Counted from the first letter of the stretch, positions 14,701 through 28,484 are shown. The stretch is DNA of 64,000 bases from Paraspadella gotoi (GCA_051294375.1 CM119265.1:18130764-18194763), one strand, 5' to 3'. Translations and numbers: made by a program. The notes: a model not told the origin generated them from the letters alone.

Positions 14701-17700
14701 AAGAAAACTACTGCCAACGGCGCAAGCGGAACGCGTCTGTTATAGCTTGGAAATTGGAATTCCTCCAGACGAATAATTTCCCGCCAAATATTGAAATATT
14801 TGGCGGAACTCAGAGGCCACCCACGCAAGCAAGCTAATTGGCGCAGCAGCGGGTTTGAGTTGGCTTTTCATACGTCTCTCTTCATAATATCAATTGTGCT
14901 CGTCCAGTCGCCATTTTCCAAGCGCCCGCTAGGAAGCCTTTACAACTAAGAGACGGGGGAAAGTCTTTCTCACACTTTCAGATTTGAATCTATTCATGAT
15001 TTAGATTTTTCTTGGTGAATAAATAATCCTTTATTAACTTTGCTCCATTGATGCGTAGTTGCTGAATTTTATAGAAAGGTGTCCTTTAATCGTATCGTAG
15101 TTTCTCGAATGCCTTTGAAAATGGATTAGCCGAGTATGCTGTATTGAGTTTTGAAAATAAGTTACAAAATTCTAAAAAGTTTAACCCTTACGGTTTCTTC
15201 GTTGTGGCGCAGCAGAAAAAAACAGAATAAAAATAAGAATACCGAAAATCCTATGTTTAAAAAGAACACTACTTTCACATAATCTCATTCTATAAGATTA
15301 TTTTTAGTCATCCTATATATAATAAAGTGAAAAATAACATACCTTTACCTAATAGTTTTTTTTAAACATCATTAAATAATACTATGCTTCTCCTAAGTTT
15401 TTAGCTACGGATTCTACTTTGTCGCGTCCGTCGGGTCTCGTCCCCCAATCTTGGTCGGGCATTTAGCTTATTCTTCTGTCAGCAACATCGAATTATGATA
15501 AATATTATGCAGCAACAAAAAAAATGATGATGTCTGGTCTCTGTCTGTCCGTCCGTCCCACCATTAAGCAAAAAAAACACCAATTATCTCGTGAATTTGA
15601 TAGTATGGATTGGAAAGGTAAATTGTGTGTAGGGTAGGAAAAGTGTGTGATTGTAGCATGGAAAATAAAGTTTCAGTATGATATCGGTCCAACAGTGGAA
15701 ATGAGTTAAAATGGAAAAAACAAACAATTCGTATTTAACTATTTTGATTATGGCTCTTTTTTTATTTTTATATTAAATGTAAATTCAAGCTGCATTAATT
15801 AATTATTAATAAATAAGTAATTAATTAATTAATTATTAATTATTTGCCAATTAATATAATTAATTTTTGGATCGAGATGTTGTTTTTGTGATCTAAGAGG
15901 CGAGACAAAGTGGAAAAACGATTTGNNNNNNNNNNNNNNNNNNNNNNNNNCTTGGGAGCATTATAATTTAATGATTTAAAAAAACTATTACGTAAATTTT
16001 TTTTCTTTATGAAATTGGTACAACCAATATAAAAATTATCCATTCATTTAATAAATAAGCTATCTTGCCCCTGACTTTATATTATAGGATGACTAAAAAA
16101 ATCTTATATGAATGAATTATGTGAAATAGTGTCTTTTTTAAAATATAATTTTGTATTCTTATTTTATTCTGATTTTTATGCGCCACAACGAAGAAACCGT
16201 AAGGTTAAACTTTTTAGAATTTTGTAACTTATTTCAAATCAATACTCGGCTAATCCATTTTCAAAGCATTCGAGAAACTACGAACGAATAAAGGACACCT
16301 TTTTAAATTCAGCAACTCGCATCAAAGCAAAGTAATAAAGGAATTTTTCAAAGAAAATCTAATCATAATCAGATCGTAAAGGTGAAAGACTTCACCCCCT
16401 TAGTTTTAAAGCTTTCCTACGGCGTGGAAAATGCGACACAATTGATATAATGAAAAACTATGAAAAGCCAACCCGCTGCTGCAGCCAATGCTGCTGCGGT
16501 GGCCTCTGAGTCCCGCCAAATATTCAATATTTGGCGGGAAATTATTGTCGGAGGAATTCCACCGCTATAACAGCCGTCGCTGCCGCCGTTGGCAGAGTTT
16601 CTTTTCGAAGGCNNNNNNNNNNNNNNNNNNNNNNNNNNNNNNNNNNNNNNNNNNNNNNNNNNNNNNNNNNNNNNNNNNNNNNNNNNNNNNNNNNNNNNNN
16701 NNNNNNNNNNNNNNNNNNNNNNNNNNNNNNNNNNNNNNNNNNNNNNNNNNNNNNNNNNNNNNNNNNNNNNNNNNNNNNNNNNNNNNNNNNNNNNNNNNNN
16801 NNNNNNNNNNNNNNNNNNNNNNNNNNNNNNNNNNNNNNNNNNNNNNNNNNNNNNNNNNNNNNNNNNNNNNNNNNNNNNNNNNNNNNNNNNNNNNNNNNNN
16901 NNNNNNNNNNNNNNNNNNNNNNNNNNNNNNNNNNNNNNNNNNNNNNNNNNNNNNNNNAAATAAACAAAAAAATGAGGTTAAAGGATTTTTTGGGAGATTA
17001 AATTATGAATCGCTGGAAGAAAAAGTCTTAAGATTAATAAATTGAATATTTCGCTCACGAATTTCATTTACATTTTTTTGAATATCATGCTGGGAACGAA
17101 ATAGAAAAATGGCAATTGGCCAAGTGACCACTGCCCGTTGATCACTGACCACTTCCACCTTAGACTGACCCGGTTACCACGACCACTGACATCAATCTCA
17201 CCCTTCACGACCAGCCCACTCTCCACTCCCCCCCCCNNNNNNNNNNNNNNNNNNNNNNNNNNNNNNNNNNNNNNNNNNNNNNNNNNNNNNNNNNNNNNNN
17301 NNNNNNNNNNNNNNNNNNNNNNNNNNNNNNNNNNNNNNNNNNNNNNNNTTTGTCGTCGTCATCGTCGTCGTCGGGGTTATTTTCATACGTAGTTAAAATT
17401 TTAAAATCGATATCTGATAATTTATTTATAAAATTTGTTTCCGTATTAATTTTTAAAACGAACAAAGATGCTATTGTCGGGCAACGCAGCTCGACCGACG
17501 TTTGTGTATGAATCGTCTCGCCTTTTCCTTCATTCCAATACATTAAATTCGCTCCCATTCACGTCGTCATCGTCATCGTCGTCGGCGTCGTCGTCCTCTT
17601 TCCTTCTCGTCGTTGTTTCGCGTGGATATTGACGTCGTAAAAACGAATTCCCTTGAGAGTTTGGGTGCCATTGGGGTTGGCCGAGTTTCGATGCCGCGTC

Positions 17701-19046
17701 GCCGGAGAAGATTGCTTTTGGTTCCTTACTATGATTAAAAAATAAACCGAAAGATCATGTTTGTTATAACAATTAACAATTTTTCTAGATATAACGAGCG
17801 TAGTTGTTAATTTATACCGACCATACATCGTTAGTTCAACGTTCGATAACTTTGGCGAAATAATTTTTACGACTAGAAACGAGCCAGCGTGGCCAAAATG
17901 GAAATTTAATTCCTTCGATAAACCGAATTGAAATTCGCGTTAATCTTTTTCCGATTTTTGGATTCGACGACGACATTTCGAGTTCGGTCGATCGGTCGTT
18001 CGGTCGATCGGTCGATCGGTCGATCGGTCGGGACGTCGGTCAGTTTATCGACCCAACTTTGGTCCACTCGTCCGAGCGTTATTCTCGCCGGAGCGCACAG
18101 CCTCGATTGAGCGCTCTTCCCTGAAACGGCCGAAACGATACGCCGCCTGCGAGCGGCCGACCCGATTCCTCGCCCCTTTTAGCCTCCGCCCTCTTCCTCC
18201 TCTTCTTTACTTCCGATTGTTTCCCTTTTCGAGTCGAAATGACGGAGGTATTCGGCGAGCGAGGGACGCGTTGGGTCGTTTAACCGAAAGTAGCGTCAAG
18301 AAAGGGAAAATGCAGCAAGCGAGATAATGCAATGCAATGCCGAGTCAGTTTTTGTTTCTATTTTAAAGAGCGGCGACCTGTGCTGCATTAAGCCTTACCC
18401 TGATTTGCGGCTTAACGTGATCTCTTCTCCGAAATTTGCGCGGTGGCCAAGGAGGTTCTCGGCAAGGTCAAAGAATTGTCGACTCGAGGTGGATCGAGAT
18501 CGCGTCACGAATGCCCCTCTCTCTCTTTCACTTTCTGTCTCGACATTCGTCACTGCAATTGATTTAATACGAATACAGTTCGTCAACAAGGTCGTTCCAT
18601 TCTCAAAGTCATTCAGTTTTACCCGGGAGATTAACGCGAGGATATGAGATAAAGAAAGACTGAATTATTATTATTTTATTATTATTTATTTATTATTATT
18701 AATTACTTATTACTATATTATTATATTATTATTTATATTATTATGTATTATTATATTTTTTTTTATTTTTTTTTTTTTATTTGTACGCGATGTAGGAACT
18801 CACTTATACTCGGCCAGAAAAAATCACTATACTTCTCTTCACGATCCTGTATCAAACATAACATGTTTAAAATTAACGTAAAATACATCTTCTAGGGCGA
18901 ACGCCACGCTGGACGCTGGCAATTCTAGCTCCGAGGAACAAACGTTCCTTCTGACCGCCCGTCGCTTCCGGTGGCGATAATCGGGCGACGTTTTTCAGTC
19001 GACAGATGCGAGGCCGTAAATTCTCCCCCTGCCGGTTCGACCGCGA
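11745..19046. repeat. Large inverted duplication: arms 11745-15328 and 16073-19046
   Basis: e.g. cggcaggggaacgaaatttacggcctcg (11761) vs cgaggccgtaaattctcccctgccg (~19010). The left arm is insertion-rich and the right arm deletion-rich. There is an N gap in the spacer. Confidence 0.9.
12290..15140 (+). CDS. Putative multi-exon gene of unknown function (inverted copy on minus strand within 16073-19046)
   Basis: GC-rich blocks with AG/GT-like boundaries. The inverted copy reads VTNVETESERERGAFVTRSRSTSSRQFFDLAENLLGHRANFGEEITLSRKSG|gtaag. Frames are broken by indels. Confidence 0.3.
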
Positions 19047-19049
19047 ATT

Positions 19050-19814
19050 GGTGTGATCGCGTAGTAATCCAGTGGATATGCGGCCGCGACTAAATAATCC
19101 CATCGGATCTCTCTGCGCGTTCTACGTGATTGATGTGAGATTCTGCTAAATTCTTTAAACTGTAATTGCGGCTCGTCAAAAGATTGTTAAATTCCTGATC
19201 CACAGTTAATCATTAAAACGAAGTTGCCTTATCAACGAACCTTTGGGACCACGCTCGGAAGTGAAGCGTCAACTGGACCAGGCGTTTTGAAGAAAAGCAG
19301 CACCTTCTAACCATCCAGGTGAATAAATCCGATCGAACCGATAAAGATCGCTTCAGAAGTCAGACCGGAACCGAATCCAACTGTTCTTTTGTTTTTCAGG
19401 CGAGAAGGAATGGGAAACGGGTCCGACAGCGGCTTTCGCGGCGCGGAAGACACGTCCTTTCCTTGGGACGTCGTGAGCAACGTCGGTATCTATAGAGGCG
19501 CAAGGAATTCCCTTGGGCAAAATCCGTTGCATGCACACTTCGGGCTTCCTTCACAATTTTCTTATCTTGCTACAGGTTGTGCAAAATAAATTTTCTAAAC
19601 TTTTCTCATCATTACGTCGAGTCATTTCTTTAATTTGTATAATTTAGAGCACCGACCGGATGACCTACGACATTCTCTCGACCTCTGGTGACAACAACGA
19701 AGCGACGGCTCATAAATCGTTGCAAGTTGTTGCGATTTGATGGAGAATGCTGGAGACGAGGACAGGGAAGACGATCTTCGCTCCGTCTTAAGGAGAAATG
19801 GAATCGACTTGTGA
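19050..19814 (+). pseudogene. 5'-truncated duplicate of the acyltransferase (last four exons only)
   Basis: PVDMRPRL, LWDHAREVKRQLDQAF, VVSNVG and ...RRNGIDL* exons; cut at the duplication junction, so lacks HHxxxD. May be an assembly artefact. Confidence 0.65.
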
Positions 19815-20063
19815 AACTTCGTTTCATAATTAAATAAATTTGTATTATTTTAGGATTCATCTTATGTGTTGACCAAATAGTGTTTGACTTATAGTATTTT
19901 ACTTCAGATTTTTCAAATCTCATACGTAGTACGTGTGCTATTCTTATAAGACAAATTAAATTTGTAGAATATTTTTACCAAATAAAACGAAAAGGGGAAA
20001 CATCCAATTACGAATTTTTTTTTTTATTTTCTCAAAGTTTCCGTTTCGAAGTCAGATTAAAGC

Positions 20064-23000
20064 GACGTCGTTAAGTCGTTGTCAAATTGTTCTTGCCGCC
20101 ATCGTGGCCATTATCTTCACTGATGTCGTCGTAAGGGTTAAAAAGGAAGTTCTTGAGGGAGTTAGAAGATGGATACAGAAAAGAGAGAGAGAGGGGATAA
20201 CTCCCCATCGAAAAAGAAGAAAAATAACAAAATAACACATAGATAAGCTTAAGACTAGAGAACTGTGCATATTGTATTACCTCCTTTCACTTCTTCTTCC
20301 ACCACAGACAACGACGAGTCTCGACTTGGACGATCTCGACGCTCGACTCTGTGAAGCGAAGATCGGACAACCTCCTCCTCATGATCTCAGCCTTGAAGTC
20401 TTCCGAAACGTTTCGCACCGCAAGCGACGCCCATCGGGAATCCTTACCGGCTTCGGATTAGCGTTTGCTGACAATTACGGTCGCGTCGACCGGAAGTTTT
20501 TTCGCGGCGCCCGAGATTACTGGCACCGCCGATCGCGGACGACATTATGGCATTCAAGAAGTCAACGGACCGGTGCCGGTCGTAGCTTTGAGACCGAGGT
20601 CGTTTCCGGTCTTCAAGGAGCCGCTTCGTCTTTGGACCAACGAAGCGGCGAGGGCGGTTTTCGAGATATTCCAGAATCGAAAACAATTCTTTCGAAAGTC
20701 AGTATCTCTCAGAGCCCGACAAGGATGTCTTCGGCGCCAACCGGAACGATATCGGCGCTCCTTCGTCTCGAAATGGCGCGGGTCGATACACAATGCCCGC
20801 TACAGCGCTGAAAAGACGCCGGCGTCGCAACGTTGACGACGACGCCGCAACGTCGTCGACGCTCGACAGCGATCGAGAGTTGGACGAAATGTTCGAGAGA
20901 AGTTTGTCGTCGCTGCGCGGCATCATGGACAGAGTGAAGGAGAAGTTGAGGAAAGACGAGGAGTCGAAGAAGAGATGGGAGGCGTCGGTTTGGGTAGAAG
21001 GGAGAGGGAAAGGAGGGGGGGAGATGGAGAAGAGAAGAGAGATAAGAGAAGAAAGGGAGGATCGGAGGCTGGAGAGAAGTAAAGAAGAGGGAGATTGAGG
21101 AAGAAAGGAGATTTAGAGAGAGAGGACGAGAATGAGAGGATGAGAGAATTGAAGAGGGAGAAGAAAATTCGAGGGAAAAGAGAATTGAAGGAGAGAGGCT
21201 GACGGAGCGAGAAAGGAAATGGAAAAAGAAGAGAGAGAAGCGAATGGAGAAAAACGAGGAGGGAATGACGTCACTATCCCGCCAGTTATCTTTACTCAAT
21301 CTTATGGAGAAGCAGAATTCAACGACGGAGATGCGTGGTATGCGTGATGGCAGACATGTTTCGCCGAAGAAAACACTGGGAGTTGATAGAGGAAAGAGAA
21401 AACTGTTCTCCAGAGAATTGGCAAGAAGGACACAGGCTATTGAGAACGAGCCGTCTTGGGAGAACGAAGCGTTGAGGGAGAACGAGACATCGATGGAGAA
21501 CGGTTGCCGCAGGAATCCAATTTTATCGCCTCACATCTCCCGACGACGACGACGCAACGACGAAGACGCCAGAACGTTCGACGAAAGCGACGAAGCTGCC
21601 GTCAGAGGACGCGTTCGTTCCTGTTTGGCCGGACGCGATGACGACGACGACACCAGCGACGACGAGGGTAGCAAGATCGTGGAGGCGGTGAGGAGGTGGA
21701 GGAAGAGGAGGAGATGAGGAGGAGGATTGAAGAGCGAGGAGAGAGTCGCCATCGACGACGACGACGACGGACGACGACGGGCGACGTTGGAATCGGTCGA
21801 TGAAGACGACGGAAATGGAGAATTTGGGACGAGAAATCCGGAATCTACGACGAGCGGCCGAAAAGGTGCGCGGAAGGAAGAAGGCGCATGGAGTCGCCAC
21901 GCGTGCAGAGGAGTTAAAGAGAAGGAAGTGATCGATGGAAGTAAGGAGGTTGGTCACCTCGAAGGAAGAAGCGTAGTCGTGAGATATAAGAGGCAAACCA
22001 AACGGAGAAAGAACCCGTTTGTAAGCGAAGCGTTAGACGTGTTGAAAAAGAGCAAAAAATCCGATCAGATTAGTCACTTACCCGTTCGAATCGAAGAAAA
22101 CCTGATTGCGAAAGAAACGAACAGCCATCGTCGGCATTAGAGTAGATGAAACGAGACCGCTTTGGACGAAGAGACGCAGCTTCCGAAGGATCCTCGGAGC
22201 CTTGGAGAATCGAGGGATTATCACCGACTACACCGGCGACGTCCTCGACATCAACGCCAACAACAACAACTTGGACGCCGAGGGGCGTAACGACTGGCGG
22301 CGTCGTCGACGGAAAAAAGTTCCGTCGTGGAATCCGAGTCGAATCGAGAGTAAATCCGAGTCGGTGGCGCCGGATTCCGTGGCCGACGGAGCCGTGATGA
22401 GCATCGCGTCGTCAAAAACGGAAGAGTCTCGAAGTCGTCAGGCCTAAAATCCGTAAAAGGCCCACCGATCTCGACGCGGAGCTACACCAAGGTCACTGAG
22501 ATGGAATGCGACAAGGCGAAGGAATTTAGATCGCCGGAGAGTGGCTCGATGCCGAGGCCCTCGAGAAACGCTTCCACAAATCGCAACAACCCCTACAGTC
22601 CATCGACGAGCGGCTCGAGCGTCGGGGAGTCGTTTCAGGCGCTTCTTTTTCTGACGGAGGAGTTTTAAGGAACCGGATGGAATCGGAGATCGCGCATCCT
22701 CGACATCGTCGGTGAATGAAAGGAGGGAACAAATGGAACAAATGGAACAATGGAAGGATCGGCCCAAATATGGGAGAGACAGAAAACAACGACCAAGGGG
22801 ATGGAAACGTCTATGCACGCGATGGACGATGACGGCCAGGACTCTGAACAGGGTGAGTAAATTTCGTTGAGATTCTTGTGATGTTCGTAAGGTGAAACTT
22901 AATGTTTTAAAACTTTAATAAACTTTAAATTTAAAACTTTCAAGAAATAGTAATTCCTGAGAAAATTTAGCTTTTAATCATTATTAATCCTTATTATTGT

Positions 23001-25685
23001 GTCAATCTTTCTTTTTTGTTGTTTGTGTGATATAGGGAAACACGAACGTTTTAATCGGTAACTACAAAGATTGTTATTAATTAAATTATTTTTATTAGTA
23101 AATTTAAATAAATTTATTTGATTTAGTTAAAATGTCTATGAAATGCTTTGCCGAAAAAATTTTGTCAAATGACACATTGTGGCGGTATATTCACACCGCC
23201 TCACATCCAGCTTTGCACCAACCCAAGCGTTACGTTCTTCCACAATTTTAAAGTTTTCCTCTTCGTTGGCAAAGTGAGGCCGTCCTAGGGTTACTGAGGG
23301 TCGGAAGCCGCAAAGCCAACAGTGAGATGCCCCATCCCAAATGGGCATCACAGGCAACCCGGCTGTTTCAGTAATTAAAAGATTTTTTTTTTCCTTTGAC
23401 GCTTTTTCAAATAATTTATATTACGAGTTATTTCCAATTTTAATTTCAGCGCCTATTCAAACCACCACCCAAACTATTGAATATCCCGTACCGAATGAGA
23501 CGGTGGACGGCGTCGCGAACCGACGGGCTCTGAGGAACCTGACCCCGGCAAGGCGCCTGTTCAAGCGCCCATCGAGGAACCTCCAGGAATCTATTCGAGA
23601 CCCTGCAAAGCCCCTGAAAAAGTGCCCAATGAGGAGCCTTCGAAGGAATCTTTCGGGGTTCTCTCTCAAAGCATCTCTCCAGAGTCTGTCGCTAATCAGA
23701 AGGACGCCAAATTAATGGCAGATTTCTGGGGAAACACGCAAAGCTCCATCGGACAAGACGGCCCAACGGGAAATAATCAAGCAGGTGCGTCTGCGGAAAT
23801 CGTCGGCCTGTGAAGAGTAAAGCGTAGCAAAAATAATGAAATCAAGTAGAATCAAAATTCGAATAGTAGATCATGAAGAGGCTTGTACCACTGAACATTT
23901 TTTAAATAAAAAAAAATTTATTTATTCATTCTATATTTATACTTAGTACTCATCATAGAAAATGTCCAAAGTTTTAAAAAGGTTTTTCTTATTTTGAAAG
24001 CAGATTCGACTTCTTCACGAAGAATTGATAAAAGAAAATGTAACTTTTTTTAAAAAAATTATTTCATTAAGTCGGTCAAAATCCTAAAAAAACTGTTACA
24101 GTTATCCATAATTAAATTTTAAAATAAAAAATATAGTTTTTTTAATTTTTAGCTAACTTTATGAAAGAATTTTTGATTAAGACTCATATTTTCTTTTATC
24201 AACTTTTTTAAGGAATTCAATTCTGCTTCGAAACTTTTTTAAAAATTTTTGAATTTGGGCGAGTACTATGTACTCTGATATAAATATAGGCTAATGCGAA
24301 AATTGAGAAGTGTGGCGGTATATTCACACCGCCTCACGTCCACCATCCTTCAGCCAAATCCATTGGCTCAGAGGGGGAACACACCATCCCAAGTGTAGTG
24401 TTCCATCCACAGTCCTAACGACTTCCCTCTGCGTTGGCAAAGCGGAGACCGTCTAGGGTAACCCGCCAGTGACTGGAGGCGTCACTGAGGGTCGAAGCCC
24501 CCAAAGCCAACAGTGAGATGCCATCCCAATGGGCATCACAGGCAACCGGCCTGTTGCCATAAGTGGTGAGCCCTACTATCGATAACACGCAACCTTTTCA
24601 GGGTACGCTACGACAAAACGCTATGCCCCTGGGGTACGCTACGACAAACGCCTATGCCCCTGGGGTACGCTACGACAAAAACGCCTATGCCCCCACAACT
24701 TCGCGCTCTCTCTCTCTCTCCCCTATATGGTAACAGTCTTGTCGACACCTCTCAGGCTTGAGGAACCTGAGTGATGTCTTGGCCCCGGGGATCTGTGGCG
24801 GTATATTCAACACCGCCTCACGTCCACCATCCTTCAGCCAAATCCATTGGCTCAGAGGGAACACACCATCCCAAAGTGTAGTGTTCCATCCACAGTCCTA
24901 ACGACTTCCCTCTGCGTTGGCAAATCGAGACCGTCCTAGGGTAACGCGCCGTGACTGGAGGCGTCACTGGAGGGTCGGAAGCCCCCAAGCCAACATGAGA
25001 TGCCCCCATCCCCAATGGGCATCACAGGCAACCCGGCTGTTCCATAGAAGTTAAATTTTTTTTTATATATAAATGTTCTTTAATACAAATGGTTCATGAT
25101 CATTGATCAACTATTCGAATTTTGATCTGCAACTTCACGATGCTTTAGTGAAGAGTGATGAAGCAGATGGCCCGGCCAAGCAGAGAACCATTGGAACTCC
25201 AGCCAGTCCCAAGAGGACATCTTGTCCGGAGTACCTCGAGGTCGCGCCTCGAGTAAGTCTGACGTCGGCGCCCTGAAGCATGGCACTCGTCCAAGCCTTT
25301 CTCAAGCGCGCCAAAGCAACAGCGGTCCTCGATGGACGGTCGGGCGGGCTGCGTCATGCGAAGGACTACCAGACCACGGAGGATCGGGTGGGCATTAATA
25401 GAGTGATTTAGTCAGTAGGTTGAGTATCTCAGTACCTTTAAATGTAACACTGTTCGATTTTTTTGCCGGATCGCTTCCAATTCATTTTGTCGGTCCATCG
25501 GTCCGCCCCCAAAAATCTTTTCGGTAAACACTAGATCATGTCAGATCATCGAATTATGATAAATTTGTGGGTGGGTGTGTTTTTTGGTTTTCTGCAGTTA
25601 ATCGTAGAAAGTAGAAAATAGCTAATATGTAGAAGACATTTGGCCGACCAGTGCTAGTCGGTTGGCACAAGAATTGCATGTAGAG

Positions 25686-25728
<43 letters not shown>

Positions 25729-28484
25729 TATAAAACGTCAGATTTTTTGTACAGAATTCACTCTCGCATTCCCGCTCAATATATGTCGATTATCAATTAT
25801 TCTATGTCTCTTTAACTACAGTTCATACATTATTATAGTTAATAGTTAATAATAAAAGTAGAAAATAGCTTTCGTGAGTTTGAAACTTTTAATCAGTTCC
25901 TCCTTTACAAGCCGCCACGAAGATGGATCAGCCAGGGAATGAGCAGAACGGGCGAAGAAGGAAGACAACAATTCGAGCGATGTAATTAAAATTATTATCA
26001 TATTTTAAAAAAAAAAAATGGTGAGAATTTTGAACTTATTTTTTTTATCCTTTTCATCGTTCGCACTCTTCCTTTTCCCACAAACCCTTTATTCTCCAAT
26101 GTCCAGTCTTCCTCACACAATCGATCACCTTCACCCAAACTTCGACGTCGAATCCAACTCGGAGTTGGAGGACGTCCGCACCCGACGATCCATGCGGAAC
26201 CTCGATGGCCAAGGGGCGGAAGTCCGGTCGCGCCCGAGCACAACGGCTTCGGTCCGCTGGGCCTCGTTGCCCCGGGAAAAGCATTGACTCCCAGCGTGTC
26301 TCCATAGACCATGGCGTAGAGATACGAAGACACGTTGCGGGAATCAGAAAAGAGGCCGACCGGAGCGCTGAAGAAACAGTTGTCTCTTTTCCCATTTACA
26401 TAATCAAAGGTGGCTGGATGTCTGGGAATAGATGGGGACTGTTGTAAAATATAGTTGAAGGGAAAGTTAAACATTGAACTAAAGGAATTAAAATTAATCT
26501 AACAGACCCTAGATCCGTTATCAAGATGTTTCAAGTGGTTACTACATAGAAAGCAAAAACAATTTAATTCAGTTCACAGATGAAAAAAAAATCAACATAT
26601 ATTACTAATACCACAAACTATTCGTCACCCCAAGCAGACCAACCGTCGTGAATAAGGACCGTCTCTCGTCGCAGCGACTCTCGCGACCGCAGAGTCCGTC
26701 TCCGAGACCCAACGTTCCCTCGCGCGAGCGAAAAATCCAGCAACGATCGAGCGACCAAAAGCCGTCACCTCGGCGCGGACGGCGGCGTCGACGGCCAGTC
26801 ACCCCGTCGACCCGCTCCACCGCGACTCGTTCTCGAGTCGAGGGAAAGTAACGAAGATCGGCGTTCCGATTTCCAACGCGCCGCGACCTTGAGCGCGGGA
26901 AGTAGCGCCGGCCGTCGCGAAAAGTCGCCGATGCGCGGTGATGAATTTGTGCGGCAGGAGGAGGGGCGGACGTGTCGATCCAACGTCGGGAGCAGCGCCG
27001 CCGACGACAACTTTGCCACTGTGAGAAACCGTCTTCCACATGAAATTCGACGAGAGAGCGGGACGCTGGCGGCGCGGAACGACGCCAACGGATTCCTGCG
27101 GACTCCGTGGAGTTTCTTCAGTCTTCTAATCATCGCCATTCATCTTGGGCGCGCAGTCGTCAAGTGAGATCCATCGGTCATCAACGTCGTAGTTCTCATA
27201 GTAATCATCATCATCACATCATCATCCATCATCATCTCCGTCATCATCATCAGGCTAAGCTTCAAAAACTTCAATCTCTGCAGCCGAGGTGAATCGTGTC
27301 TGCGTTAGATTAGTTCTTTTAAATATTTTGAAGTCATCAACAACAGACAGGCAAACAGACAAGCAGGTTTTTAAGACCCATGTCACTTTGAAAGGGAACG
27401 TTTTCCTCGCGGTGTCGGGAACAAACATAGTCTTTAATCTCCCAAAATGAAGGACGTCGCTGTCGTTCGACGATACGCGAGAGGGCGTTGCTCGACGAAG
27501 AGGGCGAGAGGAGGTGGACTGGACGTGGAGGCGAGGAGGAAAGGATGAGAAAGAAGAGGGCGAGAAGGCGAGGAGCGGCGGAGCCTTTACCGAACCGAGA
27601 GGGAAAGACGAGGAAGATGAAGAGAGGCTGCAGAAGAAGCTGGTCAGAGCCTTTGGCTTTAGTTCAGTTAATGCGAGTATATGAATTGGTACAAACCAAT
27701 GTACAAATTATCGATTCATTTAAAAAAATGAGCAATCTTTGCCCCTGGCTTTGGGACAATGACAGGATATAGTGGGTAAGCCGTCATCCCTTTTACAAGA
27801 TAATATCATAACATAGCAGCTTTAATACGTCATTTATTATTAAATTATACATTAAAAATAGTAATGTAAAAATGGTTAGAATTGCAAAACATTACGAATA
27901 CTGTAGAATGAAATGTTATGGCAAGGAGGATAGCCTGTGATACCGGGACGCGGGTATCTCACTAACTGGCGTAGGGGCCTGCGGACCCTCAGTGACCGCC
28001 TCCCTTCACTGGCATGTTTATACCGGCACCGTCACATTTAAGCCAGAACCGGGAATACCCAGGGATTGAACCCGGGACGCACGGATGGAATGAGATGATT
28101 TAAGCCTGCTCAGCCATTGAACGAGGCTGAGGACGGACAGCAGGAGGCAGCTTTAAGTCTTGCTTGCCACATGTAGCCATTTGCAAGATAAATCAACTCT
28201 CTACCAACCCTTTCCACCTCCAGGTAAAAAAAGCACACTGACTCTCATGATCCTCGTCGGCGTCGAACCTGATTTGCTTGACGCGCCGTTCTTGGCTTCG
28301 AGCGCCGTTTCGATGTTGGCGGCTCGTCGGCGTCGTCTTCTGGTCTCGCTCGGACGCGCGATCGACGCGCGGTGGCGGCGCTTGGAGTTTATGCACGCAC
28401 GGATGGGCGATCTGGTGGTTCAATCGAGACAAGAAGCGGGAGCCGGGGTGGTACGAGACGTTGCTGGGTTGGTGGGCTCAGTGA
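20064..28484 (+). CDS. Large multi-exon low-complexity protein with C-terminal TM helix (left-arm copy)
   Basis: Inverted copy of 29240-37560 with more frameshifting errors. Confidence 0.6.
23178..23373 (+). mobile_element. Degenerate solo LTR of family A with deleted twister core
   Basis: Starts TGTGGCGGTATATTCACACCGCC. Retains GTTGGCAAA, CCGTCCTAGGG, GGGTCGGAAGCC and GCCAAC, but lacks the P2 5' strand and P3. Confidence 0.85.
24433..24511 (+). ncRNA. Twister ribozyme (P5-type) in 5' LTR
   Basis: GUUGGC/GCCAAC P5, GACCG, UAA, CAGUGAC/GUCACUG P3, GGG-UCG(G)AAGC-CCC; single-base deletions relative to the right-arm copy. Confidence 0.7.
24916..24994 (+). ncRNA. Twister ribozyme (P5-type) in 3' LTR
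   Basis: Same motif: GACCG-UCCUAGGG-UAA...GGG-UCGGAAGC-CCC...GCCAAC. Confidence 0.7.
27917..28171 (-). mobile_element. Solo LTR (family B) in the last intron; insertion polymorphism
   Basis: Element-strand termini TGTGGC...GCCATA, as in family A. Probable ATGT TSD. Absent at the equivalent site 29555-29558. A-box TGGCTGAGCAGG and B-box GGGTTCAATCCC. Confidence 0.85.
27966..28046 (-). ncRNA. Twister ribozyme (P5-type) in family B solo LTR
   Basis: CUGGC(P5)-UUAA-AUGU(P2)-GA-CGG-UGCCGGUA-UAA-ACAU(P2)-GC-CAGUGA/UCACUG(P3)-AGGG-UCCGCAGGC-CCCU-AC-GCCAG(P5). P2 and the pseudoknot are fully compensated relative to family A. Confidence 0.78.

Larger units (their letters stand above)
24311..25046 (+). 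mobile_element. TRIM / non-autonomous LTR retroelement (family A), left-arm copy
   Basis: LTRs 24311-24561 and 24794-25046 (TGTGGC...CCATA), TSD GAAG on both sides, PBS-like TGGTGAGCCC at 24564-24573, non-coding ~230-bp interior. Confidence 0.9.

Noticed and set aside
16488-17558. ORFs containing X runs
   Set aside because: Artefacts of N gaps (also 62261-63621)
28055-28118. Functional tRNA gene
   Set aside because: A/B boxes and a T-arm only; no convincing acceptor or anticodon stems; lies inside a mobile unit. The same applies to 7024-7085, ~6365-6385 and ~47540-47560.
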